A stretch of 46,984 bases of DNA from a virus, in the UHGV virus genome UHGV-0142121; one strand, 5' to 3'. Below the pieces are notes generated by a model. That model worked only from the letters and a program-made list of their open reading frames with translations. It searched no databases and was not told where the DNA came from. Positions within the stretch are counted from its first letter, which is position 1; each line of letters begins with the position of its first letter. The translations under genes and the position numbers were made by a program. Of the stretch, positions 34,294-43,438 are shown one piece after another.

Positions 34294-34671
34294 ATGAAAG
34301 GACTATTTTCCGCACTTATTATGTGTATTGCATTAACTGGTTGTGTCCAACCTATGACAAAAGCTGAAGTTGATCGTGCAGTTTATGAACCGTTGCCTGC
34401 AGATTACCAAGAGCAAATAAAATCAACGATTGAGCTTAAGCTAAAAGATCCTGACTCTGCAAAATATCGGTTTTTCGACCCCAAAAAAGGATATACAGAG
34501 GGTACACGACACTTTGGCTTTGTAGTTCCCGTAGGTGTTAACGCAAAAAATAGCTATGGTGGATATACAGGTTATAAATTGTATTATTTCGTTTATTACA
34601 ACCAATCATTCAAGGATGTCACCGAAGGCGTAGCATGGGATGCAGTCAAATGGTCTGATGACGTCAAATAG
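34294..34671 (+). CDS. Lipoprotein, 125 aa, moron inserted between tail genes M and L
   Basis: Signal peptide with lipobox LTGC; AT-rich codons; own ribosome-binding site and own terminator. Confidence 0.6.
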   Translation: MKGLFSALIMCIALTGCVQPMTKAEVDRAVYEPLPADYQEQIKSTIELKLKDPDSAKYRFFDPKKGYTEGTRHFGFVVPVGVNAKNSYGGYTGYKLYYFVYYNQSFKDVTEGVAWDAVKWSDDVK

Positions 34672-34691
34672 CCTCACCCCGTCCCCACACA

Positions 34692-34714
34692 AACCCCGCT
34701 CTACGGGGTTTTTT
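34692..34714 (+). terminator. Intrinsic terminator after the lipoprotein moron
   Basis: Stem AACCCCG/CGGGGTT with CTCTA loop, then TTTTT. Confidence 0.6.
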
Positions 34715-34718
34715 GTTA

Positions 34719-34736
34719 TTGGGACCATAGTCCCAA
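34719..34736. repeat. sopC-like palindrome TTGGGACCATAGTCCCAA (one mismatch)
   Basis: Lies between the moron terminator and the gpL ribosome-binding site. Confidence 0.65.
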
Positions 34737-34749
34737 TCAGGAGAACCCC

Positions 34750-35499
34750 ATGGGTATCGCAGCTGATGATCAGAAATTAGAACCCGGCAGCAAAATCGAA
34801 CTGTACGAGGTGGACGGCACTGCGTTCGGGGCCGAGGTGCTTTATTTCCATAACCACGCCATCCCGTACACCGCAGAAGAGATCCTCGCCGCCGGCGATG
34901 ATGCCAGCCTGCTGCCCGGTAAGCCTATTTTCTGGCAGGGCATACGCTACGATGCGTGGCCATGCCGGATTGAGGACATGGAATCGAACGGTGATGGCTC
35001 GCCGGCTACACCGAAATTATCGGTAGCCAACCTGGACGGCTCGATCTCTTCCCTGTGTGGCATGTTCCAGGACATGAAGCAGGCCAAGGTGACGGTTCAC
35101 CGGACCTACGCACATTATCTCGATGCGGAAAACTTCCCCGACGGCAACCCTGGCGCCGACCCGACCGCTGACAGCGTGGAGGTCTGGTACATCGACAGCA
35201 AGTCTGCGGAGAACGACACCACTGTCCAGTTCAAATTATCCTCGCCGGTCGATGTGACCGGGCAGAAGCTACCGGGCCGCCAGATGCTGAGCCGTTGCGC
35301 CTGGTGCCTGCAGGGCCAATACCGTGGCGCCGACTGTGGCTATACCGGAACAAATTACTTCGACAAATTTGGCAACCGGGTCGACAACCCGGCGAAAGAT
35401 GAATGTCCCGGCACCGTAGCCGGCTGCAAATTGCGCTGGGGCGAAAACTCAGAGCTGCCGTTCGGCGGCTACCCGGCCATTGCACTGATAAGGATGTAA
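34750..35499 (+). CDS. Minor tail protein L, 249 aa
   Basis: Lambda gpL-like C-terminal Cys cluster (CAWCLQG...CGYTG...CPGTVAGCKLRWG). Confidence 0.75.
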   Translation: MGIAADDQKLEPGSKIELYEVDGTAFGAEVLYFHNHAIPYTAEEILAAGDDASLLPGKPIFWQGIRYDAWPCRIEDMESNGDGSPATPKLSVANLDGSISSLCGMFQDMKQAKVTVHRTYAHYLDAENFPDGNPGADPTADSVEVWYIDSKSAENDTTVQFKLSSPVDVTGQKLPGRQMLSRCAWCLQGQYRGADCGYTGTNYFDKFGNRVDNPAKDECPGTVAGCKLRWGENSELPFGGYPAIALIRM

Positions 35500-35501
35500 C
35501 C

Positions 35502-36209
35502 ATGCTGAGCCAGCGACTGATTACCGCCATCCAGAAGCATGCCGAGAAGGTATATCCGCATGAGTGTTGCGGGTTGATTATCCGGGCTGGACGCCAGCGC
35601 CGGTATATTCCCTGCGAAAACACCCACGACCAGCCCGCTGAATTTTTCCGGATCAGTGCTGAAGCCTGGGCCGATGCTGAGGACGCTGGCGAGGTGCTGG
35701 CGGTTGTGCATTCGCATCCTGATGCCGGGCCACATGCGTCTGCAGAAGACCTGAAGCAATGCCATGAAAGCGGCCTGCCATGGATCATTATGTCGTGGCC
35801 ATCCGGAGAGCACACCGTCACCACGCCAGCCGATACACCGCCGCTGCTGAAGCGTCCGTTTATCCATGGCAGTTGGGACTGCTATGGGCTTATCCGCGAC
35901 TGGTACAAGCAGGAACGTGGCATAGAGTTACCCAACTTTGAGCGGACCGATAACTGGTGGACACGCGGAGAGAATCTCTACGTTCGGCACTATGCTGAGG
36001 CGGGGTTTTACTCGCACGTCAGCGAGCTGCAGCCGGGCGATATCATCCTGATGCAGTACAAGGCCGATGAAATTAACCATGCCGGCATTTACCTGGGGGA
36101 CGGAAAGATGTTCCACCACATGTATGGCCGGCTGAGTGAAGTTGTTCCGTACGGCGGCATGTGGCGCGACCGTACGCTGTTAACGCTGAGGTATAGAGAT
36201 GGGCAGTGA
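35502..36209 (+). CDS. Tail assembly protein K (JAB/MPN plus NlpC/P60-like), 235 aa
   Basis: HECCGL and VHSHPD motifs of the gpK N-terminal domain plus C-terminal peptidase-like region; start at ATG 35502. Confidence 0.75.
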   Translation: MLSQRLITAIQKHAEKVYPHECCGLIIRAGRQRRYIPCENTHDQPAEFFRISAEAWADAEDAGEVLAVVHSHPDAGPHASAEDLKQCHESGLPWIIMSWPSGEHTVTTPADTPPLLKRPFIHGSWDCYGLIRDWYKQERGIELPNFERTDNWWTRGENLYVRHYAEAGFYSHVSELQPGDIILMQYKADEINHAGIYLGDGKMFHHMYGRLSEVVPYGGMWRDRTLLTLRYRDGQ

Positions 36210-36810
36210 ATCCCTTAATACCGTTGAAAAAGTCGTCCTGGTGCGCCTGTACGGCAAGCTGGGAACGTTATTTGGGCGCGAGCACCGGCTGTCCGTCTCA
36301 TCCGTACGTGAAGCGATACGCGCGCTCTGCATCATGATCCCCGGTTTCGAACTTTGGCTGGAAACAAGCCAGGAGCGGGGTATTACGTATGCCATCTTTA
36401 ACGGCGAACGCAATATCCGCGAGCAGGACCTGCAGCTGGATGGCGTACACGAAGTTATCCGCATTGCGCCGGTGATTATCGGCAGCAAGAAAAATGGGGC
36501 GTTCCAGACTATTTTTGGTGCCGTATTAGTTGCAGTGGGATTCGTGCTCAGTTTTACACCATACGCAGCAGCATCACCGTTTCTCTACAAAATTGGTGCG
36601 GCAATGATGCTGGGTGGTGTTGCGCAGATGCTCGTTCCAGCAGGGACGCAGGGTATGACGAACGAATCAAAAGACACCCGGAAAAGTTACTCGTTCGGTG
36701 CGCCGGCGAACCAGGTGGCCGCGGGGAGTGGTGTTCCGATTCTTTACGGCATCCGTGAAATCGGCGGCGTACTGATTAGCGGCGGGATCTACGCCGAGGA
36801 CCAGAACTAA
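36199..36810 (+). CDS. Tail assembly protein I, 203 aa
   Basis: Lambda gpI-like, hydrophobic C-terminal half; position between K and J. Confidence 0.7.
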   Translation: MGSESLNTVEKVVLVRLYGKLGTLFGREHRLSVSSVREAIRALCIMIPGFELWLETSQERGITYAIFNGERNIREQDLQLDGVHEVIRIAPVIIGSKKNGAFQTIFGAVLVAVGFVLSFTPYAAASPFLYKIGAAMMLGGVAQMLVPAGTQGMTNESKDTRKSYSFGAPANQVAAGSGVPILYGIREIGGVLISGGIYAEDQN

Positions 36811-36827
36811 AAGACCTTTATCCAATT

Positions 36828-36852
36828 ATCCCGCTTCGGCGGGATTTTTTTT
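36828..36852 (+). terminator. Strong intrinsic terminator between tail genes I and J
   Basis: Stem ATCCCGC/GCGGGAT with TTCG loop, then eight T. Confidence 0.6.
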
Positions 36853-36866
36853 GCCCGGAGTTAGCA

Positions 36867-39800
36867 ATGGAAATTACAGGCGCAAAAGGTGGCGGCGGCA
36901 GCGGAAGTAGCGATAAAGGCGAGAATCGCGGTACCGAGATCGCTTCAGTTGCTTACATGAAGATATTACTGGCGCTGACCGAAGGCGAAGCCGCCGGCGG
37001 ATTCTCAGGCAAGGATATTTATCTCGATGGCACACCGCTGCTGGATGATTCCGGGAATGCAAACTTCCCAGGCGTTACCTGGGAATGGCGTAGCGGGACT
37101 GTCGACCAGCCATATATTTCCGGCTTCCCTGCTGTTGAAAATGAAGTGGCCGTTTCTACGGAGCTGAAATACGGGACGCCGTGGGTTAAGTCGATTAATA
37201 ACACGCAGCTCTCAGCCGTTCGTCTGCGCCTGAAGTTCCCTAATGGCCTGTATGAACTGCGAGACTCAGGTGGGAAGAGCGGTTATACCGTTGAGTTTGC
37301 CATTGATATCTCAACTGATGGCAGTTCCTATGTCGAATACGGGCGGGATACCGCAAGTGGTATTGCTAATAATGGCTATGAGCGTAGCTATCGAATTGAG
37401 CTGCCACCGGCACAGGCTGGATGGCAAATTCGTGTAAGACGCCTTACACCAAACGCCAATGATGCACGGCACGCCGATACATCCCGAATCGAATCGATAA
37501 CCGATATCGTTGATGCCAAGCTGCGGTATCCCCACACCTCGCTGCTGTTCGTCCAGTTCGATTCTCAGTTGTTCGATGGTCGTACGCCGACAGTAACGAT
37601 AAAAATGAAGGGGATCATTATTCGCGTTCCATCGAACTATGACCCGATCAACAGGACGTATAGCGGTACGTGGGACGGGACGTTTAAATGGGCATGGACG
37701 AACAACCCGGCCTGGATTTTTTACGACATCGTGACGAATGCCCGGTACGGCCTGGGTCGCCGCATAACGACAAACCTCGTTGATAAGTGGACGCTCTATC
37801 AGATAGCTCAGTACTGCGATGCGAAGGTTTCTGACGGCGCAGGAGGCACAGAAGCGCGTCATCTTTGCGACCTGTACATTTCACAGAGAACCGACGCCTG
37901 GACGGTCCTGATGGATTTGGCGGCGATTTTCAGGGGGATGATCAGCTGGTCGAATAATCTGCTTTCGCTTGATGCCGATATGCCGCGCGAGCTGGACCCG
38001 GACTTTGTCTTCAATAAGTCCAATATTGTCGGTTCGTTCAACTTCTCCAGCTCATCCGAACGTACCAACTATTCTGCGGCGATAGTGACTTACAGCAACC
38101 CGAACAACGGCTACAACGATGATCAGGCCAGCGTTCACGTACCTGAAGTATCTTCGCGATTTGGTTTCAATACGATGGAAATGACTGCCGTCGGCTGCAC
38201 GCGCGAGAGTGAGGCGCAGCGCCGCGGATTGTGGGGCATCGAGACAAACCGCGATGATAATGCGGTGGAGTTCAAAACGGGCATGGAAGGCCGTATTCCG
38301 AGGGTAGGCAAAGTGATCGGCGTGAATAACGCACCACTGGCCGGACGGGCGAACGGTGGCCGTGTAGCTGCAGCTGCAGGTACAAAAATCACGCTGGACA
38401 GGAATACCGTTGCCGTTCCCGGTAATCGGCTGATCATCAACCTGCCGACGGGAAAGGCCGAAGGACGAACGATTAAGTCAGTATCTGGCCGCGCGGTCAC
38501 TGTGGAATCTGCATACAGCGTATTACCGAACGCTGAGTCGGCGTGGGTAATTGACCAGCAGGATCTGGCCATCCAGTTATTCAGGGTTCGCCGTGTGGCC
38601 ATCGGGAGTGATGACCTGGTGACAATATCCGGGTTGCCCTATAACCCGAACAAATTCGCGAAAATTGATGATGGCGCGATTGTCGAAGACCGTCCTGTGA
38701 CCGTGGTCCCACCAGGTAGCCAGGCTGTACCAACGAACATTGAAATCACCAGTGAATACCGAATTGTTCAGGGGATAGGTATTAACACCCTGGTCGCAAC
38801 ATGGGACCCGGTGGTAAACGCCATCGCCTACGAGGTGCAATGGCGCCAGAACAGCGGCGACTGGATTAATGGAGGCAGGACAGGAAATACCCGAATTGAG
38901 GTCGATGGTATTTATGCCGGCCGTTATGTCGTTCGTGTTCGGGCCATCAACGCGATGGATGTTGCCTCGGTATGGGCAGTATCAAAGGAAGTCCAGCTGG
39001 ATGGCAAAATCGGGAAGCCACCCGTTCCTGTCAATTTGAGAACAACCCCGATGCTATGGGGTATTCGTATCGACTGGTCTATTCCCGCAGGAGCTGAGGA
39101 CTCGCTCTATACGGAGCTGCAGTATGCGCAGGAACGCGACGGCAACACGGCTCTGTTGCTGAGTAATGTTCCTTACCCGCAGTCCACATATTCACAGATG
39201 GGGCTTCGTGCCGGGCAGGAGTTCTGGTATCGAGCGCGCCTTATCGACAAAATAGGCAACCGCTCTGACTGGACTGACTGGGAGAGAGGGCTTTCCAATG
39301 ATAATACGGATGAGTATCTGGATAGTATTGGTACCGGTTTTCTTACATCCGCCGACGGTGACCGCCTGACAAGCGATATTGATACCGACCTCGAAGCCGC
39401 ATTACAGAACGCGCTGGCCAACCACGCAACGGCTGAACATCAGTGGGCGCAGTATGGTGAAGTCCGCGCGGATATTCTGGTGGTCAAAACGACCATTGCT
39501 GATGTTGATAAAGCGATGGCTGAAATGACCACCCAGGTACAGGCGCAGATTAAAGATGTCACCGCCTCGCTTGAGGATAAGCTCACCGCCACCGTTGATG
39601 CTACAAGTGCTACGGCCATTCATACCCTGAAAGCCGGAGTGCGCATCAACGGTATTTTTTACAGTGCCGGGATATCGATTGCGGTACTGGCCGAAGCGGG
39701 TAAGCCGGTGGTCACTCGTGTCGGGTTTAACGCCAACCAGTTCGTCCTGATGAGTGGCAGCGGTGATACGCAGTATTCACCGTTTGCTGTTATCAATGGT

Positions 39801-40085
39801 CAGGTGTTTATCAGTTCTGGCTTCATCCAGGATGGCACTATTATCAATACAAAAATTGGTAATTACATTCAGTCTAACACCTGGGATGGTACCGGTAATG
39901 TTGGTTGGCATATCAACAAATCAGGCTATGCGACATTCAATGATGTCACTGTCCGTGGTGCAATTTATGCCAACAACGGCAATTTTGCATTTAACGGCAC
40001 CAATAACACTGTCGTCATCAACGGAAATGGGCTGACTGTTAATTTGTCTGGTGGCGGCAAAGTTGTCGTCGGGAGGTGGTCATAA
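36867..40085 (+). CDS. Host specificity / central tail fibre protein J, 1072 aa
   Basis: Size, position after K and I, lambda J-like N-terminus. Confidence 0.85.
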   Translation: MEITGAKGGGGSGSSDKGENRGTEIASVAYMKILLALTEGEAAGGFSGKDIYLDGTPLLDDSGNANFPGVTWEWRSGTVDQPYISGFPAVENEVAVSTELKYGTPWVKSINNTQLSAVRLRLKFPNGLYELRDSGGKSGYTVEFAIDISTDGSSYVEYGRDTASGIANNGYERSYRIELPPAQAGWQIRVRRLTPNANDARHADTSRIESITDIVDAKLRYPHTSLLFVQFDSQLFDGRTPTVTIKMKGIIIRVPSNYDPINRTYSGTWDGTFKWAWTNNPAWIFYDIVTNARYGLGRRITTNLVDKWTLYQIAQYCDAKVSDGAGGTEARHLCDLYISQRTDAWTVLMDLAAIFRGMISWSNNLLSLDADMPRELDPDFVFNKSNIVGSFNFSSSSERTNYSAAIVTYSNPNNGYNDDQASVHVPEVSSRFGFNTMEMTAVGCTRESEAQRRGLWGIETNRDDNAVEFKTGMEGRIPRVGKVIGVNNAPLAGRANGGRVAAAAGTKITLDRNTVAVPGNRLIINLPTGKAEGRTIKSVSGRAVTVESAYSVLPNAESAWVIDQQDLAIQLFRVRRVAIGSDDLVTISGLPYNPNKFAKIDDGAIVEDRPVTVVPPGSQAVPTNIEITSEYRIVQGIGINTLVATWDPVVNAIAYEVQWRQNSGDWINGGRTGNTRIEVDGIYAGRYVVRVRAINAMDVASVWAVSKEVQLDGKIGKPPVPVNLRTTPMLWGIRIDWSIPAGAEDSLYTELQYAQERDGNTALLLSNVPYPQSTYSQMGLRAGQEFWYRARLIDKIGNRSDWTDWERGLSNDNTDEYLDSIGTGFLTSADGDRLTSDIDTDLEAALQNALANHATAEHQWAQYGEVRADILVVKTTIADVDKAMAEMTTQVQAQIKDVTASLEDKLTATVDATSATAIHTLKAGVRINGIFYSAGISIAVLAEAGKPVVTRVGFNANQFVLMSGSGDTQYSPFAVINGQVFISSGFIQDGTIINTKIGNYIQSNTWDGTGNVGWHINKSGYATFNDVTVRGAIYANNGNFAFNGTNNTVVINGNGLTVNLSGGGKVVVGRWS
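38696..38711. repeat. Degenerate sopC-like site TGTGACCGTGGTCCCA inside J (one mismatch)
   Basis: 15 of 16 match to the palindrome core. Confidence 0.3.
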
Positions 40086-41029
40086 TGCCGGAAGGTATTC
40101 TGATTGATTACAACGATGGCCGTCCGATGATGGCAATTACTGCGGGGCTTCGCGCCCCCAGTTTTTGCACAACGTTCTCGGGCTGGTCATCCCAGTCAAT
40201 GCAGTACCCGGTCAATACACCGCTGGTTCCAGGTTCACAGGCTATCGTGGTGCCCACCAATCCCATTTACATCTATTCCTTTGCTGAATTTGATGTGGCC
40301 ATTATGACGAGCGTCACCCGAAACGGGGACGCCGGGGTCATCATTGGTGCAGAGACCATCGGGGGTAAGGCCCTCACTCCGGACTGGTCTGGTTATGTTA
40401 TGGAGCTGCTGCCTGCGGCGACGTATAACGAAGGATTACTGGTTTCAAACTCGACTGACTTCACCGCCATATCTAATCAGGCTGCGCTGATGACCTGCGC
40501 TTATTCCGGACGTATTACGGTTAGCGGCAGCGCGCCGCTTCCGGTGAGCGGTATTCCTTTCGGCAAATGGGATAACCCGAATGTGTCGGTGGGGTTTGAT
40601 GGCACCAGTATCATCGTGCGCGACATTTCCTATACAGGGCGGGACGACGTGGCCGGAACGGCGACGATAGACCTGGTGATATTCAATCAGACCGCACCTG
40701 TCGGCGGCGACGGTATCACGATGACCAACGCTGCAGGCCAGGTCACGTTCTCCACGCTGAAACGCCCCTTTGTCTATGACCGACAAATCCAGATCACCGA
40801 TGCCTTCCAGGATATTGGCGGTGGGTTCTGCCAGATAGTCTATACCGGCGTTCAGGTACGAATGATAGGTGGATGGGGAAATATCAGAACCAAAGGCGTC
40901 GTCATGTCAGGCGGTAGTGTCAGGTCAGCCTACAACAAAGTGTTTGCGGACCGCAATTCTGGTGCATGGGATATGACCCGTAACAGAAATATCGCCATGC
41001 CCATTCTAATTCTTCCGAATATGTACTGA
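40085..41029 (+). CDS. Hypothetical tail-associated protein, 314 aa
   Basis: GGGAGG ribosome-binding site; TAATG overlap with J stop; between J and tail fibre. Confidence 0.4.
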   Translation: MPEGILIDYNDGRPMMAITAGLRAPSFCTTFSGWSSQSMQYPVNTPLVPGSQAIVVPTNPIYIYSFAEFDVAIMTSVTRNGDAGVIIGAETIGGKALTPDWSGYVMELLPAATYNEGLLVSNSTDFTAISNQAALMTCAYSGRITVSGSAPLPVSGIPFGKWDNPNVSVGFDGTSIIVRDISYTGRDDVAGTATIDLVIFNQTAPVGGDGITMTNAAGQVTFSTLKRPFVYDRQIQITDAFQDIGGGFCQIVYTGVQVRMIGGWGNIRTKGVVMSGGSVRSAYNKVFADRNSGAWDMTRNRNIAMPILILPNMY

Positions 41030-41038
41030 GGAAAAACT

Positions 41039-42397
41039 ATGTCAGCAGGAACCTTAACCCTGACGAATAACTCTGCTGCGGTCGCTGGTAGCGGGACCGC
41101 GTTTACTACCGAGGTGGCGGCCGGAGATTTTATTGTTGTCACTGTCGGCGGCGTTCCCTATACACTCCCGATTAAATCAGTGGAAAGCGGTACAGCATTG
41201 ACGCTGGTCAGCAATTTCACCGGGCCAACACAGTCTGGCGCTGCCTGGTTTGCTGTTCCGCGCGTGGCGCTTAATATGGTTACCGCGGCGCTGGTGACTC
41301 AAAGCGCGGAGGCACTGCGCGGACTGAACTACGATAAGCAGAACTGGCAGCAGTTTTTTACTGCCGATGGTGATGTAACGATTGCGCTTCCTGATACCAG
41401 CCAGACAACGGGGCCATCAGCGAAAAAGTTAATTAAAAGTGTTAACGATAAAGCAGATAAAACAGCGCTTGATGAGTACGCCAAAAAGGGCAGCAACAGC
41501 GATATCACGAGTCTTTCCGGCCTAACTACTGCCCTAAGTGTTAAGCAGGGCGGGACAGGAGGTGACAATAAGACTGGCGCATGTAAAGGTATAGGTGCCA
41601 TGAATGCGGAATTGTCGGTGCCTAATGCCTCGGCGATAGCCCTGCCATCTGGATCGTTCTTCCTGGGTGATGGTCAGGAGGCTGGAGGGGCAGGTAAGCC
41701 ATTCACCTATTCGATGATTCTGCAATTATCTGCTGGTGGCGCAAGTCCTACAGGAGACTGGGTGCAGGTGGCATATCAGATGTTTGGTACCGGCGCTCCG
41801 AAATACCGAACACGTGTTGATTCTCCACCATCTCTGTCTAACTGGTTCGACTTCCTTGTCCGTGGAGTAAATACTACGGTGGACTCCAATGGATTCTACA
41901 AAACTTCATCGCCGATTATTAAAATTTGGGGGGATGGGACCTCTGAATTAAACGATGAGTCCGAAGGGGCAACCGTTGTCCGAATGGATACAGGGGTTTA
42001 TAAAGTATCTGGCGTCATGGGGTTTAACTCCAGTCCGGAGTGGGGAGGCGTGGAGGGCGGATATTCAGTACCGCAAAACGGCAACGGGCTGCCTCTGTTG
42101 TGGCTGGATTACGAAATAGCATCTGATGGTGATATTACAGTCCGAACGTATCATCGTACACACAGTAATGCGCCAGAATTTGCCCGAAACCTGATTGGTA
42201 TTAAACATGACGATGGTTCATTTACCGAAACGGTTAAAGATGGCGACCCGGTGGATATCCCGGCTGGTCGCTGGATAGATCTGCGCGTTGAGATGCCCCA
42301 CAACAGCATCTGGAATATTAAACAGATCGAGGCACAGGAAGCCAGAGAAAAAGCTGAGCGCGAGCGCCAGGAAAATCAGCAGGATGCCCAGTTGTAA
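41039..42397 (+). CDS. Tail fibre protein, 452 aa
   Basis: Position after J; Gly/Ser/Thr-rich with KQGGTGG motif; C-terminal coiled-coil tail. Confidence 0.6.
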   Translation: MSAGTLTLTNNSAAVAGSGTAFTTEVAAGDFIVVTVGGVPYTLPIKSVESGTALTLVSNFTGPTQSGAAWFAVPRVALNMVTAALVTQSAEALRGLNYDKQNWQQFFTADGDVTIALPDTSQTTGPSAKKLIKSVNDKADKTALDEYAKKGSNSDITSLSGLTTALSVKQGGTGGDNKTGACKGIGAMNAELSVPNASAIALPSGSFFLGDGQEAGGAGKPFTYSMILQLSAGGASPTGDWVQVAYQMFGTGAPKYRTRVDSPPSLSNWFDFLVRGVNTTVDSNGFYKTSSPIIKIWGDGTSELNDESEGATVVRMDTGVYKVSGVMGFNSSPEWGGVEGGYSVPQNGNGLPLLWLDYEIASDGDITVRTYHRTHSNAPEFARNLIGIKHDDGSFTETVKDGDPVDIPAGRWIDLRVEMPHNSIWNIKQIEAQEAREKAERERQENQQDAQL

Positions 42398-42532
42398 AAA
42401 TGGATAGTTGCCGCAACCACACCGTATGCAAGAGCATGATTGCGGCCGACTGGCGAACGTTCGATAGTGCGAGTATTGAATGATTGCCAGTCACGGCGGA
42501 TTGTACTTAAGCAATATGACGGTTCAAGGCGT

Positions 42533-42775
42533 TTAATCTGAAACCAGCCACATATCAGCCTCTTCAAACATTTCCTGAACAGCTCGGCTTATCTGTTCCT
42601 TCTCGTGCTTGCTGGCGTCAGTGTTGATCGCCGGCAATGTCATCATCGGTTTAACCCGGACATCAGCATCGGGGAAGATCCGGTGAACCCTCTTAGTCAA
42701 CTCGCCCAGAATGATATCTTTTGCACCGGGCAGACCATCAAAATTCCTTTTGTCATAAACGAGTTCCACGAACAT
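42533..42775 (-). CDS. DinI-like protein, 80 aa
   Basis: Aligns by eye with E. coli DinI (ELTKRVHRIFPD..., KHEKEQISRAVQEMFEEADMWLVSD vs KEDKQRISEILQETWESADDWFVSE). Confidence 0.7.
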   Translation of the reverse strand: MFVELVYDKRNFDGLPGAKDIILGELTKRVHRIFPDADVRVKPMMTLPAINTDASKHEKEQISRAVQEMFEEADMWLVSD

Positions 42776-42790
42776 TGCTCATTGCCTCTT

Positions 42791-42810
42791 TACTGGATGG
42801 ATATACAGTA
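42791..42810. promoter_or_regulatory. LexA-box-like element TACTGGATGGATATACAGTA within the divergent dinI-like / umuD'-like promoter
   Basis: CTGG-N8-ACAG, 17/20 to consensus; sits between -35-like TTTACT (42789) and -10-like TATACT (42812) of the rightward promoter. Confidence 0.5.
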
Positions 42811-42853
42811 TTTATACTGTGTTTTTATCCGGTGTTCAAGAGAGGGTATAAAC

Positions 42854-43243
42854 ATGGGCTTTCCTTCACCTGCGGCAGATTATGTTGAAACACGAATCTC
42901 CCTCGATCAGCAACTAATCAGCCAGCCCGCAGCGACTTATTTCATGCGGGCATCGCGTTCACATTTCAGGGAAGGAATACTCCAGGGAGCGTTGCTTGTT
43001 GTGGATGCATCACTTACTGCCTGCGATGGTTCACTACTGATATGTGCAATAGACGGGGAATTCAGGATCAAGCGATACCGAACTCACCCTCAGCCCCACC
43101 TGATAAATCTGGAAAACGGAAGAAGGGAGGCGCTGCCAGTAGATGATGGCGGTTACAGTTCTGCACCCGCTATATTCGGGGTGATCACGTACATCATTAA
43201 TGATGCCAGGAACGCGGAGTTTGATGACTGCCCGGTGATGTGA
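42854..43243 (+). CDS. UmuD'-like protein, 129 aa, starts at the position equivalent to the UmuD self-cleavage site
   Basis: MGFPSPAADYVETRISLDQQLISQPAATYF matches E. coli UmuD from Gly25 onward; the nucleophile-Ser region (GDSM in UmuD) is divergent; no umuC downstream. Confidence 0.7.
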   Translation: MGFPSPAADYVETRISLDQQLISQPAATYFMRASRSHFREGILQGALLVVDASLTACDGSLLICAIDGEFRIKRYRTHPQPHLINLENGRREALPVDDGGYSSAPAIFGVITYIINDARNAEFDDCPVM

Positions 43244-43340
43244 GAATCCACAGAAAACATCATATGCAAATTCCGTCAGAAGGAGATTTAGCGAAAAAAC
43301 ATTCTCCAAAACTCATTTGTAACTACATGATTTTATAGAG

Positions 43341-43380
43341 TTTGGCATGCAGTTTACTTGAAGGTAAAAAGCATGCCAAA
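43341..43380. repeat. 10-bp perfect inverted repeat TTTGGCATGC / GCATGCCAAA, 20-bp spacer, between convergent umuD'-like and sopB
   Basis: Seen directly; no adjacent T-run. Confidence 0.3.
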
Positions 43381-43438
43381 TTAAGCGTTAACTTATTGAA
43401 TGATATAAATTAACTATCTATGTCGCTAACCTTCTTGT

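Noticed and set aside
42376-42567. 63-aa minus-strand ORF overlapping the 3' end of the dinI-like gene
   Set aside because: Overlaps the dinI-like CDS in another frame; no ribosome-binding site; the region more plausibly holds an inverted repeat (GCCGCAA...TTGCGGC) downstream of the tail fibre gene.
42805-42820. ACAGTATTTATACTGT considered as a second LexA box
   Set aside because: It has ACAG-N8-CTGT orientation, the reverse of the LexA consensus CTGT-N8-ACAG; the adjacent 42791-42810 element fits better. A weak CTGT-N8-CCGG at 42817-42832 was also judged too degenerate.
42854-43438. Expected umuC gene downstream of the umuD'-like gene
   Set aside because: The 195 bp after the umuD'-like stop is non-coding and the next gene is convergent sopB; the umuD'-like gene is an orphan, as in P1 humD, not a truncated umuDC operon.
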